64,000 nt of DNA from Piromyces finnis finn (Eukaryota > Fungi > Neocallimastigomycota), in the NCBI GenBank assembly GCA_002104945.1, contig MCFH01000066.1:1-64000 (forward strand). Reading direction: 5' to 3'. This document shows, one piece after another, positions 51,701 through 61,852 of this stretch. The first letter of the stretch is position 1, and each line of letters opens with the position of its first letter. The notes beneath the pieces were generated by a model. It searched no databases. It saw only the letters and a list, made by a program, of their open reading frames with translations, and was not told where the DNA came from. The translations under genes were made by a program, and so were the position numbers.

Positions 51701-54700
51701 TGAATCAATGAAAGGTGCTAACTATTTCACTAAGTTAGACCTCAAGTCAGCTTATAATTTAATTAGGATTAAAGAAGGTGACGAATACAAGACTGCATTC
51801 AGGACGGCATTTGGTCACTTTGAGTACTTAGTCATGCCTTTTGGACTAACTAATGCTCCTGCAGTTTTCCAAGCTTTCATTAATGATATCTTTAGTGATC
51901 AAATTAATAAGTACGTTCAAGTGTACTTGGATGATATCATTATCTACTCCAAGACCCTTGAAGAACATGTTCAACATGTTAGAAATGTTCTTCAATTAAT
52001 CATTGAAAACAACTTAGTTGCGAAACTCAAAAAATGTGAGTTTCACAAAGCTGAAATCGAATTTTTGGGTCACGTAATCAGTAAGGAGGGAATCAAAACT
52101 GATCCTCACAAAATTGAAGCAGTTAAGAACTGGCCTATCCCCACTACTGTGAAAGAAGTTCAGTCCTTCTTAGGGTTATGCAATTACTACCGTCGCTTTA
52201 TCTCTAACTTTTCTAAAATTGCAAAACCATTATACAACTTAACTAAGAAAGGCGTCACTTTCATATGGACAGACGAGTGTAATAGAGCATTTAATCAACT
52301 TAAAGAATTTCTTACTTCAGCTCCAGTTTTACTTTGTCCTGATCACGATAAACCATTCATAGTTGAATGTGACGCAAGTGACTTTGCTATCGGGGGAGTA
52401 CTTTCACAAAAAGGTGATGATGGAGACCTGCATCCAGTTTATTACTTTTCTAAAACCCTTCATAATGCAGAACTTAATTACTCTATCACCGAAAAGGAAC
52501 TCTTAGCAATTCGTCAAGCTTTTATCGAATGGCGTCACTTACTTCAAGGTGCAAAATATCCTATTACCGTTTATTCAGACCATCGAAACTTGCTTTTTGC
52601 TACCAAACCGCAACTTCTATCCCAAAGACAAGCTCGTTGGCAAGAATACTTTGCTACCTTTGATTTCAAGATTATCTATCGACCAGGAAAGAAAAATGGT
52701 AAAGCTGATGCTCTCTCTCGTAGATCCGACCATATGCTCACAGTTGGTAAGGATATAAGTGAATCATCCTTACTTAAACCAACTCAATTAGAAGGATTCA
52801 ACGAAGATGAATGCTACTTCTCTATGGAAACTAGCTTCATTGACGACATTAAGCAGTGCTACCTTCAAGATGAAACCGCTTGTCAGATTCTTAAGGATCT
52901 TGAAGTTCCAAATAGTGATCATCCTTGGATTCTTCAAGATGGCCTTTTAATAAGAACCAAACATCCGGAGCAAGTATATGTTCCAAGTCAACTAAGACTC
53001 TTAGTTATTAAGCTCAACCATGATGCACCCACTGCCGGTCACTTGGGAGTCGATAAGACTTATGACATTCTTAGACGTAATTTCTATTGGGTTAATATGC
53101 GTCAAGATGTCGAGTCTTATATTCGAAGCTGTAGTGTATGCAAGGCAATGAAAGCCGATCACCATGCTCCTTATGGTAATATGATCCGTGTCCCTCTTCC
53201 GGAACTTCCATGGCAACACCTACAAATGGACTTTATCACGGACTTACCATCAAGACCTTGTAACTCTACCTTACCATTCGACTCTACCAATCCGAACCAC
53301 CATCAAGGTACCATAATGGTTACTACTTGCTACTTAACTAAGATGATACACTTAGTTGGGTTCAAACATTTACCCACTGCTAAGGAAACTGCTACTGCTT
53401 TTCTTAACCATATTTTCAAACTGCACGGATTCCCCTTATCTATTGTTACAGACCGTGGTACTCAGTTCGAAAGTCGTCTTTGGTCCCACTTGATGGAATT
53501 CTTTAATATCGATCACCACTCTGCTACTACTGGCCATCACCGCACTGTTGGACAAGTAGAACGTAACAACGACTACGTTGAAACTTATCTTCGTTGCTAC
53601 TTAGCTCAATTTGATGATCTCAGTTGGATGGATCATTTGTACTTAGCTGAATTTTGCTACAACAATTCCATCCATGCTTCCACCAAGCAACCACCATTTC
53701 TCTCCGTTTATAATTATCAAGTTCACGCAAACCCACAAGTTGCAGACCTTGTTTCTTCTTTAGGACTTCATCCCCTCATCGATAGCTTCTCCCATAATTT
53801 AGCTGACCTTAAGCATACTCTCGAAGTCAGTCGTACCCGTTATCTCGATGAAAAGGATAAGCACCTTTATCACAACTTTAAGCGCTTCAAGGTCCACGAT
53901 CTTGTTTGGCTTCGCAAACCCGCTAATTATCATCCTCCATTAGCGTTCAAGCTCCAAACCCGCAAGTATGGTCCATACAAGGTCACTGGTGTCGATGAAT
54001 CTAAGCTCAACTACCGCCTTGATTTATCTACCTCACCTTTCCCTCGTGTCTACCCCGTATTCCACATCAGTGAACTCGAACCATATCATCCCACTCCTCA
54101 CCATCTATTGCTCAACCATCCCAACTCCAATGAAATCACCAAGATCCTTAGTTCTCGTAAATCGGGTCATTTTTACGAGTACTTAGTCACTTTTACTGAC
54201 TTATCTCAACGTTGGATCAATGCTGACACCATTGATAAGGATGACTACTACAGCACCCTTTTAGCTGATTACCAACGTCGCGCTTACCAACAATTCACCA
54301 ATTCCGTCCCAGATTCTTAATCTGGACCCCACTTATTAGTATCCCACCTACTAGTGTCTACCACCCTTACTCCTTCACTACCCACCTATCGCCACTACCC
54401 CACCTACTACCCACAACTCCGCTACCCACTAGTCGCCACCACTACAACTACCAACCACTATTCCGCTACCCAACCACCCTCTTTCGCCTTTGCCCTCAAC
54501 CCTCAAATTTCGCAACCTTTTCAGCACCCCAAAATCCGCTTCCCCTCGAGTCATATCATTTCCCTAACCTTCACGTGTAGTCTCCATTTCTGAAGAATCC
54601 ACGTGATACCCTCTCAACTTTTCTTGAACACTTTTACACTTCACTTTTTCAACACTTAGATTTTTTTTCAAAAATTGAGAATTTCCATTTTTTGAAAATT

Positions 54701-55446
54701 CTCAAAATTTTTCTAAGTGTCGTGGAAGTGTCCATGTCCAAATTATTATGACGTGCCAGTGTCCATAATTTTTTGGGTCGTCCGGCGAAACGACCCTTAG
54801 GACGGGCAGTGTCACAATAACATATATAAAAATTTAAAAAATTTGGACACATGGAAAAAATTAAAAATTTTTTTTAAAATTTGAAAATTTGAAAATTTGA
54901 AAAAATTTATTTTTTAAATTTTTATTAAAAAATTTCAAAGTATAAAATTTCTAATATTTGAAATTATTAAATTTTTTAAAATTATTAAATTTTTTAAAAT
55001 TATTAAAATTTTATTATTAAAAATTTTAATTTAAATTTATTAACTATTTACAATAATTATATTAATTATTAATTTATAAAAATTAAATATTTTATAATTA
55101 GATAATAATTAATTAAAATTAAAAAATGTAATAATTAAAATTGTTCATGTATAAAAAGAACAAAAATTGACAAAAATTACGAAGCTTTAGCGTTAGTAAT
55201 TTTTTAACTTAAAGTTAATAAAATTTATAAACTCCTATAAAACCTAAAACTTTAAAAATTTTAATATTTTTAATAACTTAATATATGCTGATATTAAGTT
55301 ATTGCTAAAATAAAAATATTATTTAAATTTCTTTATATAAATATTATTAGCTTTACGCCTTCAATAGGAAAGCGTATTATATTTATTAATTAATATAACT
55401 AGTGTGCTTACCACACTTTTCTTTAATAAAAAATCGCTTTTTGACA
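48719..55446 (+). mobile_element. Intact Ty3/Gypsy element D; LTRs 48719-49355 and 54810-55446 (637 bp)
   Basis: TSD ATTTC (48714-48718 / 55447-55451); LTRs look identical by eye; purine-rich PPT AGGACGGGCAG; 11-nt self-complementary PBS 49356-49366. Confidence 0.96.
49437..54320 (+). CDS. Element D uninterrupted Gag-PR-RT-RNaseH-IN polyprotein (1627 aa) with a degenerate chromodomain-like tail
   Basis: [50 protein letters not shown]. No CCHC knuckle is seen in Gag. Confidence 0.96.
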   Translation: MEKSPLTPIKVDTKEFFNRLQTTKRERSPGNTPVRKSKMPNHSGQTNASTSNSTQKPTTNEDLKALIESLTATLTGNINQLKVDIQATRRENESLNDRLTVLENSTQVIMGKMTTLEVNDARKDNQLADIKAHISKATQRVDELSTPVTPSAATPHEPDGDVIMGDASPPNVAEKMLSYSGESIQLRRFIRRCEHHFLRHIKFYGNNEAMKVNFIEDCLTGDAADWYDVEQADFQESHPNRKVLYEALSKRFLNPKDINITKIDLMKLRHSWGKASEYLGKFSQYVKLIGCSEDIQLTIMLFQVRPTVNHAFSKLTSDRQTLEELKNLLIKYDASKDTYYDDTLERQANYKDKEPLIANLLGIHGSLYSKNPNKTNNRNNNQRNNNNNNRPSNQKGKGSSNLDSKSSTQNPNKSTKPNNGTSYSSYLCEVEEQDILELPNPDPEKYPIVKTSVKTSKGSRQVITSSLLDSGSTTNVIHMDLVKKLGIKTIPADTVVKVMGGNVLMHYITEEFNIVMNLSSLGGTREEVRQYKLRCHVADQLPSSILLGSKFMKTNFFCILTQPDHSFTVKIGPVPFSNHNGSEIKSPNFRNDLKKSTPLHEVMFITELEDSNLDKSTSIPTETVFIADDQNPELVESINGIPLEYEDLYEAFNEERADELPEHRVYDCSIDLKPNASLFYGPIYPTTPTERQFIKEYIEENLNKGFIRKSRSPAGHPVLLQDKKDGSLRFCVDYRKLNDQTIKNAYPLPLILSVFESMKGANYFTKLDLKSAYNLIRIKEGDEYKTAFRTAFGHFEYLVMPFGLTNAPAVFQAFINDIFSDQINKYVQVYLDDIIIYSKTLEEHVQHVRNVLQLIIENNLVAKLKKCEFHKAEIEFLGHVISKEGIKTDPHKIEAVKNWPIPTTVKEVQSFLGLCNYYRRFISNFSKIAKPLYNLTKKGVTFIWTDECNRAFNQLKEFLTSAPVLLCPDHDKPFIVECDASDFAIGGVLSQKGDDGDLHPVYYFSKTLHNAELNYSITEKELLAIRQAFIEWRHLLQGAKYPITVYSDHRNLLFATKPQLLSQRQARWQEYFATFDFKIIYRPGKKNGKADALSRRSDHMLTVGKDISESSLLKPTQLEGFNEDECYFSMETSFIDDIKQCYLQDETACQILKDLEVPNSDHPWILQDGLLIRTKHPEQVYVPSQLRLLVIKLNHDAPTAGHLGVDKTYDILRRNFYWVNMRQDVESYIRSCSVCKAMKADHHAPYGNMIRVPLPELPWQHLQMDFITDLPSRPCNSTLPFDSTNPNHHQGTIMVTTCYLTKMIHLVGFKHLPTAKETATAFLNHIFKLHGFPLSIVTDRGTQFESRLWSHLMEFFNIDHHSATTGHHRTVGQVERNNDYVETYLRCYLAQFDDLSWMDHLYLAEFCYNNSIHASTKQPPFLSVYNYQVHANPQVADLVSSLGLHPLIDSFSHNLADLKHTLEVSRTRYLDEKDKHLYHNFKRFKVHDLVWLRKPANYHPPLAFKLQTRKYGPYKVTGVDESKLNYRLDLSTSPFPRVYPVFHISELEPYHPTPHHLLLNHPNSNEITKILSSRKSGHFYEYLVTFTDLSQRWINADTIDKDDYYSTLLADYQRRAYQQFTNSVPDS

Positions 55447-55844
55447 ATTTCCGGGTTATCTAAGCTGGCTTCGCAGTCAGGTTGTCGGACGCTGACCTAC
55501 TTGTCATGCGTTCGACTCCGGGTTCTCTATATTATGGATAAAATATAGCGATTGCTATATTTAATCTATAATATTTGTCTATTTCTATATCTTCATTTTT
55601 ATTTAAATAATTGAAGTTACCAATCAATATGAATAATATTTATTCATAATTATTAAATAAGAATATTTATAAATAGTAAATATAAATAATTTATAAAATT
55701 CATGTAAATTTAGTCTTTAGAATTAGTATTAAGGTTAATTTGTATTAATAATATTAAATAATCAAATTATTAATAAAATGTACTATTAATACAAAAAATA
55801 GTTAATTAGTATTGTGTTAACCTGAGTTTCTCGCGTTGTTACAA

Positions 55845-57978
55845 ATATAATATAAATGTATTTGGGAAAAATATAAATAGAAGATATTTTTCATCATTTT
55901 ATCGATGTAATTGCTATTAATAAAATTCTATTATAATAAAGATATTTTTAAAAACAATTTTTATTTTTATTTTTTTTTACTTTTGATGTTATTGTAATAG
56001 AATAGATATCTTAATCTATTCTTTCTGTGTCGACTTTACAATAGTTATGGGTGTAACGAAATATTATAATAATAAACACACACACTCTAATGTATCAAAT
56101 ATATGTATTTTTTTTAATAATGTTTATTTATTAAATTTATTATTATAATACGACTAACTCGCTAGGTCAGTGTATTATCAAACTAAAGACGAAACAAAAA
56201 AAACTAATTTTTATTAATTATTAATAAAAACACTAAAGAACTATTTTATCTTTCTTATTCTCTCTTTTATACATGAAAATTATTTTTTTTTTTTTTAATA
56301 CAATTTGATAAGTGAATTAATTACTTAATGATTGGTTATAAAAATATAATTATGAAATTTTCATTAATCTAACCTTAATGATTTTCTAGTCTAACCCTTA
56401 TCATTAGATATACCTCATTACAATGGGTTTTACTTTTGTTTTCAATATCCTTATTTAAAATAAACTTCACTGACTTAATTTTTCTTTAATAAATAAAAAA
56501 TTCTTCCTTTTCTAAACACGAAGGTGTTATTTTATATATTAAGAGTATTTATTGTAAAGAACTAATGTTCAAAAATAAAAATACAAATATATAAAAAAGA
56601 AAAAATAATAAAAGTAAATAAAAATTTTATTATTGAATACTTAACAAAATTATAACAGGTTAGTGTTTAATAATTTTTTATTATAAAAATTTTTTAAAGA
56701 AAATTCACTCATATTTAAGGGTTAAATGAAAAATTTATAAATTAAATTTATAAAAATTTTACAACTTAATCATTTAGACCAATCAGAAATTTTTTTTGGT
56801 AAAATTTTGTTGTAAAAAATATTTTGATAATTAATAAAAATAGATTGATGAGGTTTCGAACACGAGTAGTCCAAATCAAGGTCTTAGTTACTAATCACTA
56901 AGACAGGATACTAATTTCTATGATTCTGTAGGAAATATTTGTGGGCAAACTTAGCTACAAATATTTCAATTGAAACCATATATTCTGGTTACCATTTATT
57001 GGCCAGATATATGCATAACAATATATTAATGGTTATTAATTAAATAGAAGGTTTATTTGCCTTACCCAATCAAGTGATAAAGGAAATAAACTAGTATAGT
57101 TAAATAGTATAGTGTAAACAAAAGCTGAATACTTTAGCGTTAGTATTAATGTGAATTAATAACTATATTAATAATCAATGTACTGTAATTATAATTAATA
57201 AATAAATAATGATTAAATAATTATTTAAGTAGATATAGTTCATAATGATATTTATTTATTTATATTTATTTTTGTATTTTTATATTTATTTAGTTTCTTT
57301 TATTATTTTTTATAAAACTGTAATTAATTATTAACTCGTATAGAGGTAATAGCTAACTTAATTAACTAATTATTAATAACTTATTAACTAATTTTATAAT
57401 AAACCTTTTACATGTAATATATATACGGAAAGAATAGATTAAGATATCTATTCTATTACAATAACACCAAAATTAAAAAAAATAAAAATAAAAATTGTTT
57501 TTTAAAAATATCTTTATTATAATAAAATTTTATTAATAACAATTACATCGATAAAATGATGAAAAATATCTTCTATTTATATTTTTCCTAAATACATTTA
57601 TATTATATTATAACTATTTATTTCTTATATATTATTATTTAAAATCTACACTAAAATCTTAATTATTAATAAATATTTAAACTATAACTATTTTTAGTAA
57701 AATACAATTGGCAATTCAAATCAAGTACTATTTAATTTGAATATGTTCCCATGTATTATTTATATATTAATCATTTATTATTTATATACCATTCATCTTT
57801 CTCTATCAAAAACAGTACTAAAACCAAAAAATTAAATTAAGAAATTTAATTTATTTGTTAAACATTAAAAATAAATTATGTACCATTTTCTGTAATATAA
57901 TTTGTGTAACTTAAACAATAATATTTATGGCTTAAGTTACATTAAAGATATTAATTTGTGGCGTTTGATATCTTTACA
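55845..57978. mobile_element. Cluster of LTR fragments: A-related J (55845-56040 and 57413-57978, opposite orientations), G-like (~56552-56926), C (56927-57412)
   Basis: TG..CA ends; similarity to LTR G and LTR C; shared ATCGATGTAATTG motif with LTR A; no TSD pairs. Confidence 0.55.
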
Positions 57979-58107
57979 ATAGCTTCGATCTTCTTTGGAT
58001 CAGTAGAGATACCATTACCTGAAATAGTGAACCCTAAGAATTCAACTTTATTTTTATGAAATTCACATTTTTTAAAGTTTGCGTATAAATTATTTCTAAA
58101 ACAAATC

Positions 58108-58488
58108 TTACATGGTTGAAATTTTCAGAGAAAATTGAAATATCATCCAATTATAAAATAACAAATTTATCAAATATTCGCGTAATACTGAATTTATGAA
58201 TGATTGAAATGTTGTTGGTGTATTTTTTAATCCATATGGCATTACTAAATATTCGTAATGACCAAACTTTGTTCTGAAGGCAGTTTTATATTCATCACCT
58301 TCTTTTATTCTTATCAAATTATAAGCTGATCTCAAATCCAATTTAGTGAAAATTTTTGAATCTCTAACACTTTCGATGATATCTGATATTAAATGTAAAG
58401 GGTATGAATTTCTTACTGTTACAGCGTTTAACTTTTTGTAATCAATACAAACCCTTAGTGAGCCATGTATTATTGATATATTAATCAT
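58108..58488 (-). pseudogene. Ty3/Gypsy RT fragment
   Basis: [52 protein letters not shown]. Confidence 0.88.
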
Positions 58489-58494
58489 TTAATA

Positions 58495-58870
58495 ATCTAA
58501 GAAGCAAAATGTAGTTGCTATATCTACTGCCGAAACTGAATATATTGCAATGACTAAATGTACTAAAAAAGTATTATGAATAAAGAACATTTTAAAAGAA
58601 TTATTCAATTATAATAGAACAATTAAAATTTACACAGATAATTTAGTAAATAAAATAATCCTTGAAAATAAAGAACTTAATAATAAATTAAAAAATACAG
58701 AAATGATTTTTTTCAATAAAGATGTTATTAAAAATAAGAAAATCAAATTAGAATATATCAACTCAGAAAAAATGCTGGCCAATCCACTCACCAAAAATTT
58801 TAATGGACCAAAAAATAACAAAATTTACAGAACAAATTTTTAACAAGAAGAAATTTTGATCTGGGGGAAT
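58495..58870 (+). pseudogene. Degenerate Ty1/Copia RNase H 3' end followed by a PPT and an LTR start
   Basis: KKQNVVAISTAETEYIA..., MLANPLTK; GGGGGAA followed by TGTTAAAAT at ~58868. Confidence 0.7.
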
Positions 58871-59799
58871 GTTAAAATATTTTAGAATAAATTAAACATG
58901 TGTTAAAATAATTTTATTTTCTATTTAAAATAATTATGTATTAATAATAATTACTAGTGTATTAGTAATTTACATGTTCTAAGAACATTTGTGAATAGTT
59001 TTTAGTTTATTCAATTTCTCATAAATTCTTTGTAATTACTATAATCTATTAATACTAACAAAATAAAACTATATTTTAATAATAAAACATTTTAACTATT
59101 AAAAATTACAAATTGATAAATTTATTTTTTTAAGTGCTTTATTTAAATTATTAAGATTTCAATTTAAATAAATAGCAATAAAAATAATTTTTTAATAACT
59201 ATATTATATAATATAATAATAATGGTAATAATATAACTAAGTAATATTTCAGTAATAATTTTTTTAATAAAGTAATAATATATTAATAATCATTACAAAT
59301 AATTAATTTATAAGAATTTATCTAAACATATTTTTTGTTAAATTTAATTTAATAATAAACTAAGTTTCAATACATGATTTATATTTAACAGAAAACATTA
59401 ATTACATTCATCTACTGCGATTAAGTCCCAATTTAATATATGATAAATATATTTAATGTTTAATTAAAAATATATCTTTTTATAATATCTTTTATTATTG
59501 TCAATTTCACCTTTTTTTTGCATATTGTAATAAATGACTTCTATAAAAAAAATATATAATTACAAAATATGTAATTCTATAAAAAAAATATATAATTACA
59601 AAATATGTAATAAGTTAAATATTATAATAAAACTATTTATTAAATTTAAAGATAATATATATATGAATATGGGTTAATAATTAAAATATTTATTACTGTA
59701 AAATATTATGTATTTTTTTTTAGTTTAAAAATTAATATATAAACATAAATTATATTTTATTATTTAATTATTAATAAAAGTTTATTATAATTTTATAGA

Positions 59800-61317
59800 A
59801 TGTTATTTATATATATATTAACATTTAATTTATTTTTAATTGAAATTAACTGCAATCAAATACTTAATTTAATAGAAAAAAAAATCAATAAACTACCAGA
59901 TGGATTTTTATATGTTAATGAAAATAATATATATGGGCCTATAACAACTAATAGAGAAAATGATAATGGTAATAAACGGAATCTATATAAAATTGTTAAG
60001 AATGAAGATGATAATTATTATTATAAATATGATGAATTTAATCTATATGAAAATAAAACTGCTGTAGAATCAAAATATTTTTGTCAAATTAAATCACCTA
60101 TAAGACCTGAAGCTCAGAAAGGATATGATTTAGAATGTCCTGTAAATTATAAATTAGTAATTATTAAAGCATTTTATGGGAGATATGCTAATGATAGAAA
60201 AAATTGCAAAGATAGTTTTATATCTAAGGGAAAAAAAATAAGAAGAAAAGGATGTGGTTATGAACCTTTTGAAAGGGTTAAAAATAGTTGTGAGGGAAAA
60301 CAATATTGTACTTTATATCCAATGGATAATGTTTATAAAAATTTTTGTAATAAAATTTCGAAATATCTCTATGTTGAATATCAATGTGTTAAAAAAAAGG
60401 TATAATAAATATATAAATATGCAAATATTTAAATATCATTTATATTTATATTTTTATTTTCATTTACTAAATTTATTTTAAATAGAAAATAAATAAAGAA
60501 AAAATTTCTATCATTTCATTTTATGATAATATTCAATCTAATTCTATCCAAGAACACTCAATAAGTGAATTTTATCAATATTCAAATATTCATGGATATG
60601 AATTTACATTAGAAAATTATAATTATATACCAGAAAGAATCATTTACTTTATGAAATTACAAAGTATAATAGATAAAATGATTGAAGGATTAAAATATAA
60701 AAAATATGACTGGATAGTGTAGGTATTTTAAATATTTTTATTTAATTATTAGTATTAATCTTATTTATACATATAAATTAATTTTTAGATGGGTAGATAG
60801 CGATGTTATTATTTTAAATCCAAATTATAAAATTGAAACATTTTTACCAGACAAAAAAATGAGTAAAATACATTTAATTGCAGCATATGATTATTTAGGA
60901 CGGAAAGACTATTGCTGTGGATTAAATGCTGGTGTTCTTTTTTTTCGTGTTCATGAATGGTCACTAAGTTTGTTAATGCGTGCTATTTCATATCCTTATT
61001 TTCATAAAAAGGAATTAATTCAATTTGATGATCAAACATCATTAAACAACGTTTTAATAGAAACAAATGAAGAAGAACATTATATTATAACACCTCCAGA
61101 ATGGTTTAATTCTCAGCAAGCTATAAAAGGAAATTTTTTAAATCATATAATGGGTGGAAACTTAAATTATAAAAACAGAAAATTAAATAAATTTATAGAA
61201 GATTCAAATAATGATGATGAATGGTACGCTAAAACTAATGAAAAAATGAGAAAGGAGGTTTTGGAGTATTATCATAAGAGTAAAAATGAGCAAATAAAAA
61301 TAATTTTGCAACCTTAA
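59800..61317 (+). CDS. SUEL/Gal_Lectin domain + GT34 (Mnn10/Gma12-like) glycosyltransferase, 3 exons, 453 aa
   Basis: Exons 59800-60399, 60486-60718, 60789-61317 (GT..AG; 1362 nt, in frame). LECP...IIKAFYGR....C...VKNSCEGKQYC...FC..ISKYLYVEYQC (SUEL); YDWIV|WVDSD DxD motif and GLNAGVLFFRVHEWS (GT34); hydrophobic N-terminus. Confidence 0.88.
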
Positions 61318-61739
61318 TTTCCTTATTAGTAATATTAAAATAATACATATAATTAATTATTAATTATAATAATGAAAAGATATTTTTAAATTATTTAGGT
61401 TACATTCTATGTATAATTTATGCTTTTTTAGAAAATTTTGTAGATATTTAAATTTAATATTTACTATAAAGATTTAATAATTTAAGATGAAATAAGTATA
61501 AATATTTTAATTAAAATTTTAAAAAAATTAATAAATGAGTTATTAACAAGAATAACAAAGTGAAAAAAATTTAAAAATTTCGATTATATAAATGATATAT
61601 ATATAATTAATTGTTAATTTAGTTTTTATATTTATATCAATTTTTTATTTAAAGAAAAATTCTATATAACTTTAAACTTACACTGTAAGAAGTTAGAATT
61701 AAACTTTAATAATTCTGCACTTCAATTAAATAATGTATT

Positions 61740-61822
61740 CCTCCTGGGAACGTGCCTTCATTTATTTAATAAATGAAGTTTCTCAAGGGGCTCTGCTCAT
61801 GCTCATGGTACTGAGAGAATAG
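61740..61822 (+). ncRNA. Structured LINE 5'-terminal RNA motif, copy 3 (somewhat decayed)
   Basis: GGGAA/TTCTC stem, GTGCC bulge, TTCATTTAT/ATAAATGAA hairpin, CTGCTC-ATG-CTCA-TGGTAC-TGAG-A-GAATAG; followed by CCAA..ATTGCGCAAT as in the family 1 leader. Confidence 0.5.
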
Positions 61823-61852
61823 AAAAAAATCCAAGTATTGCGCAATTGATCC

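Noticed and set aside
55450-55530. tRNA gene
   Set aside because: The T-stem (ATGCG/CCGGG), D-stem and acceptor stem do not pair.
55845-57612. ~185-bp inverted repeats bracketing 1.4 kb as a TIR transposon
   Set aside because: Both arms are parts of A-related LTRs in opposite orientation; there is no TSD or transposase.
58108-58870. Gypsy RT-Copia RNase H hybrid element
   Set aside because: The fragments are on opposite strands and both are degenerate; juxtaposition by insertion and deletion is simpler.
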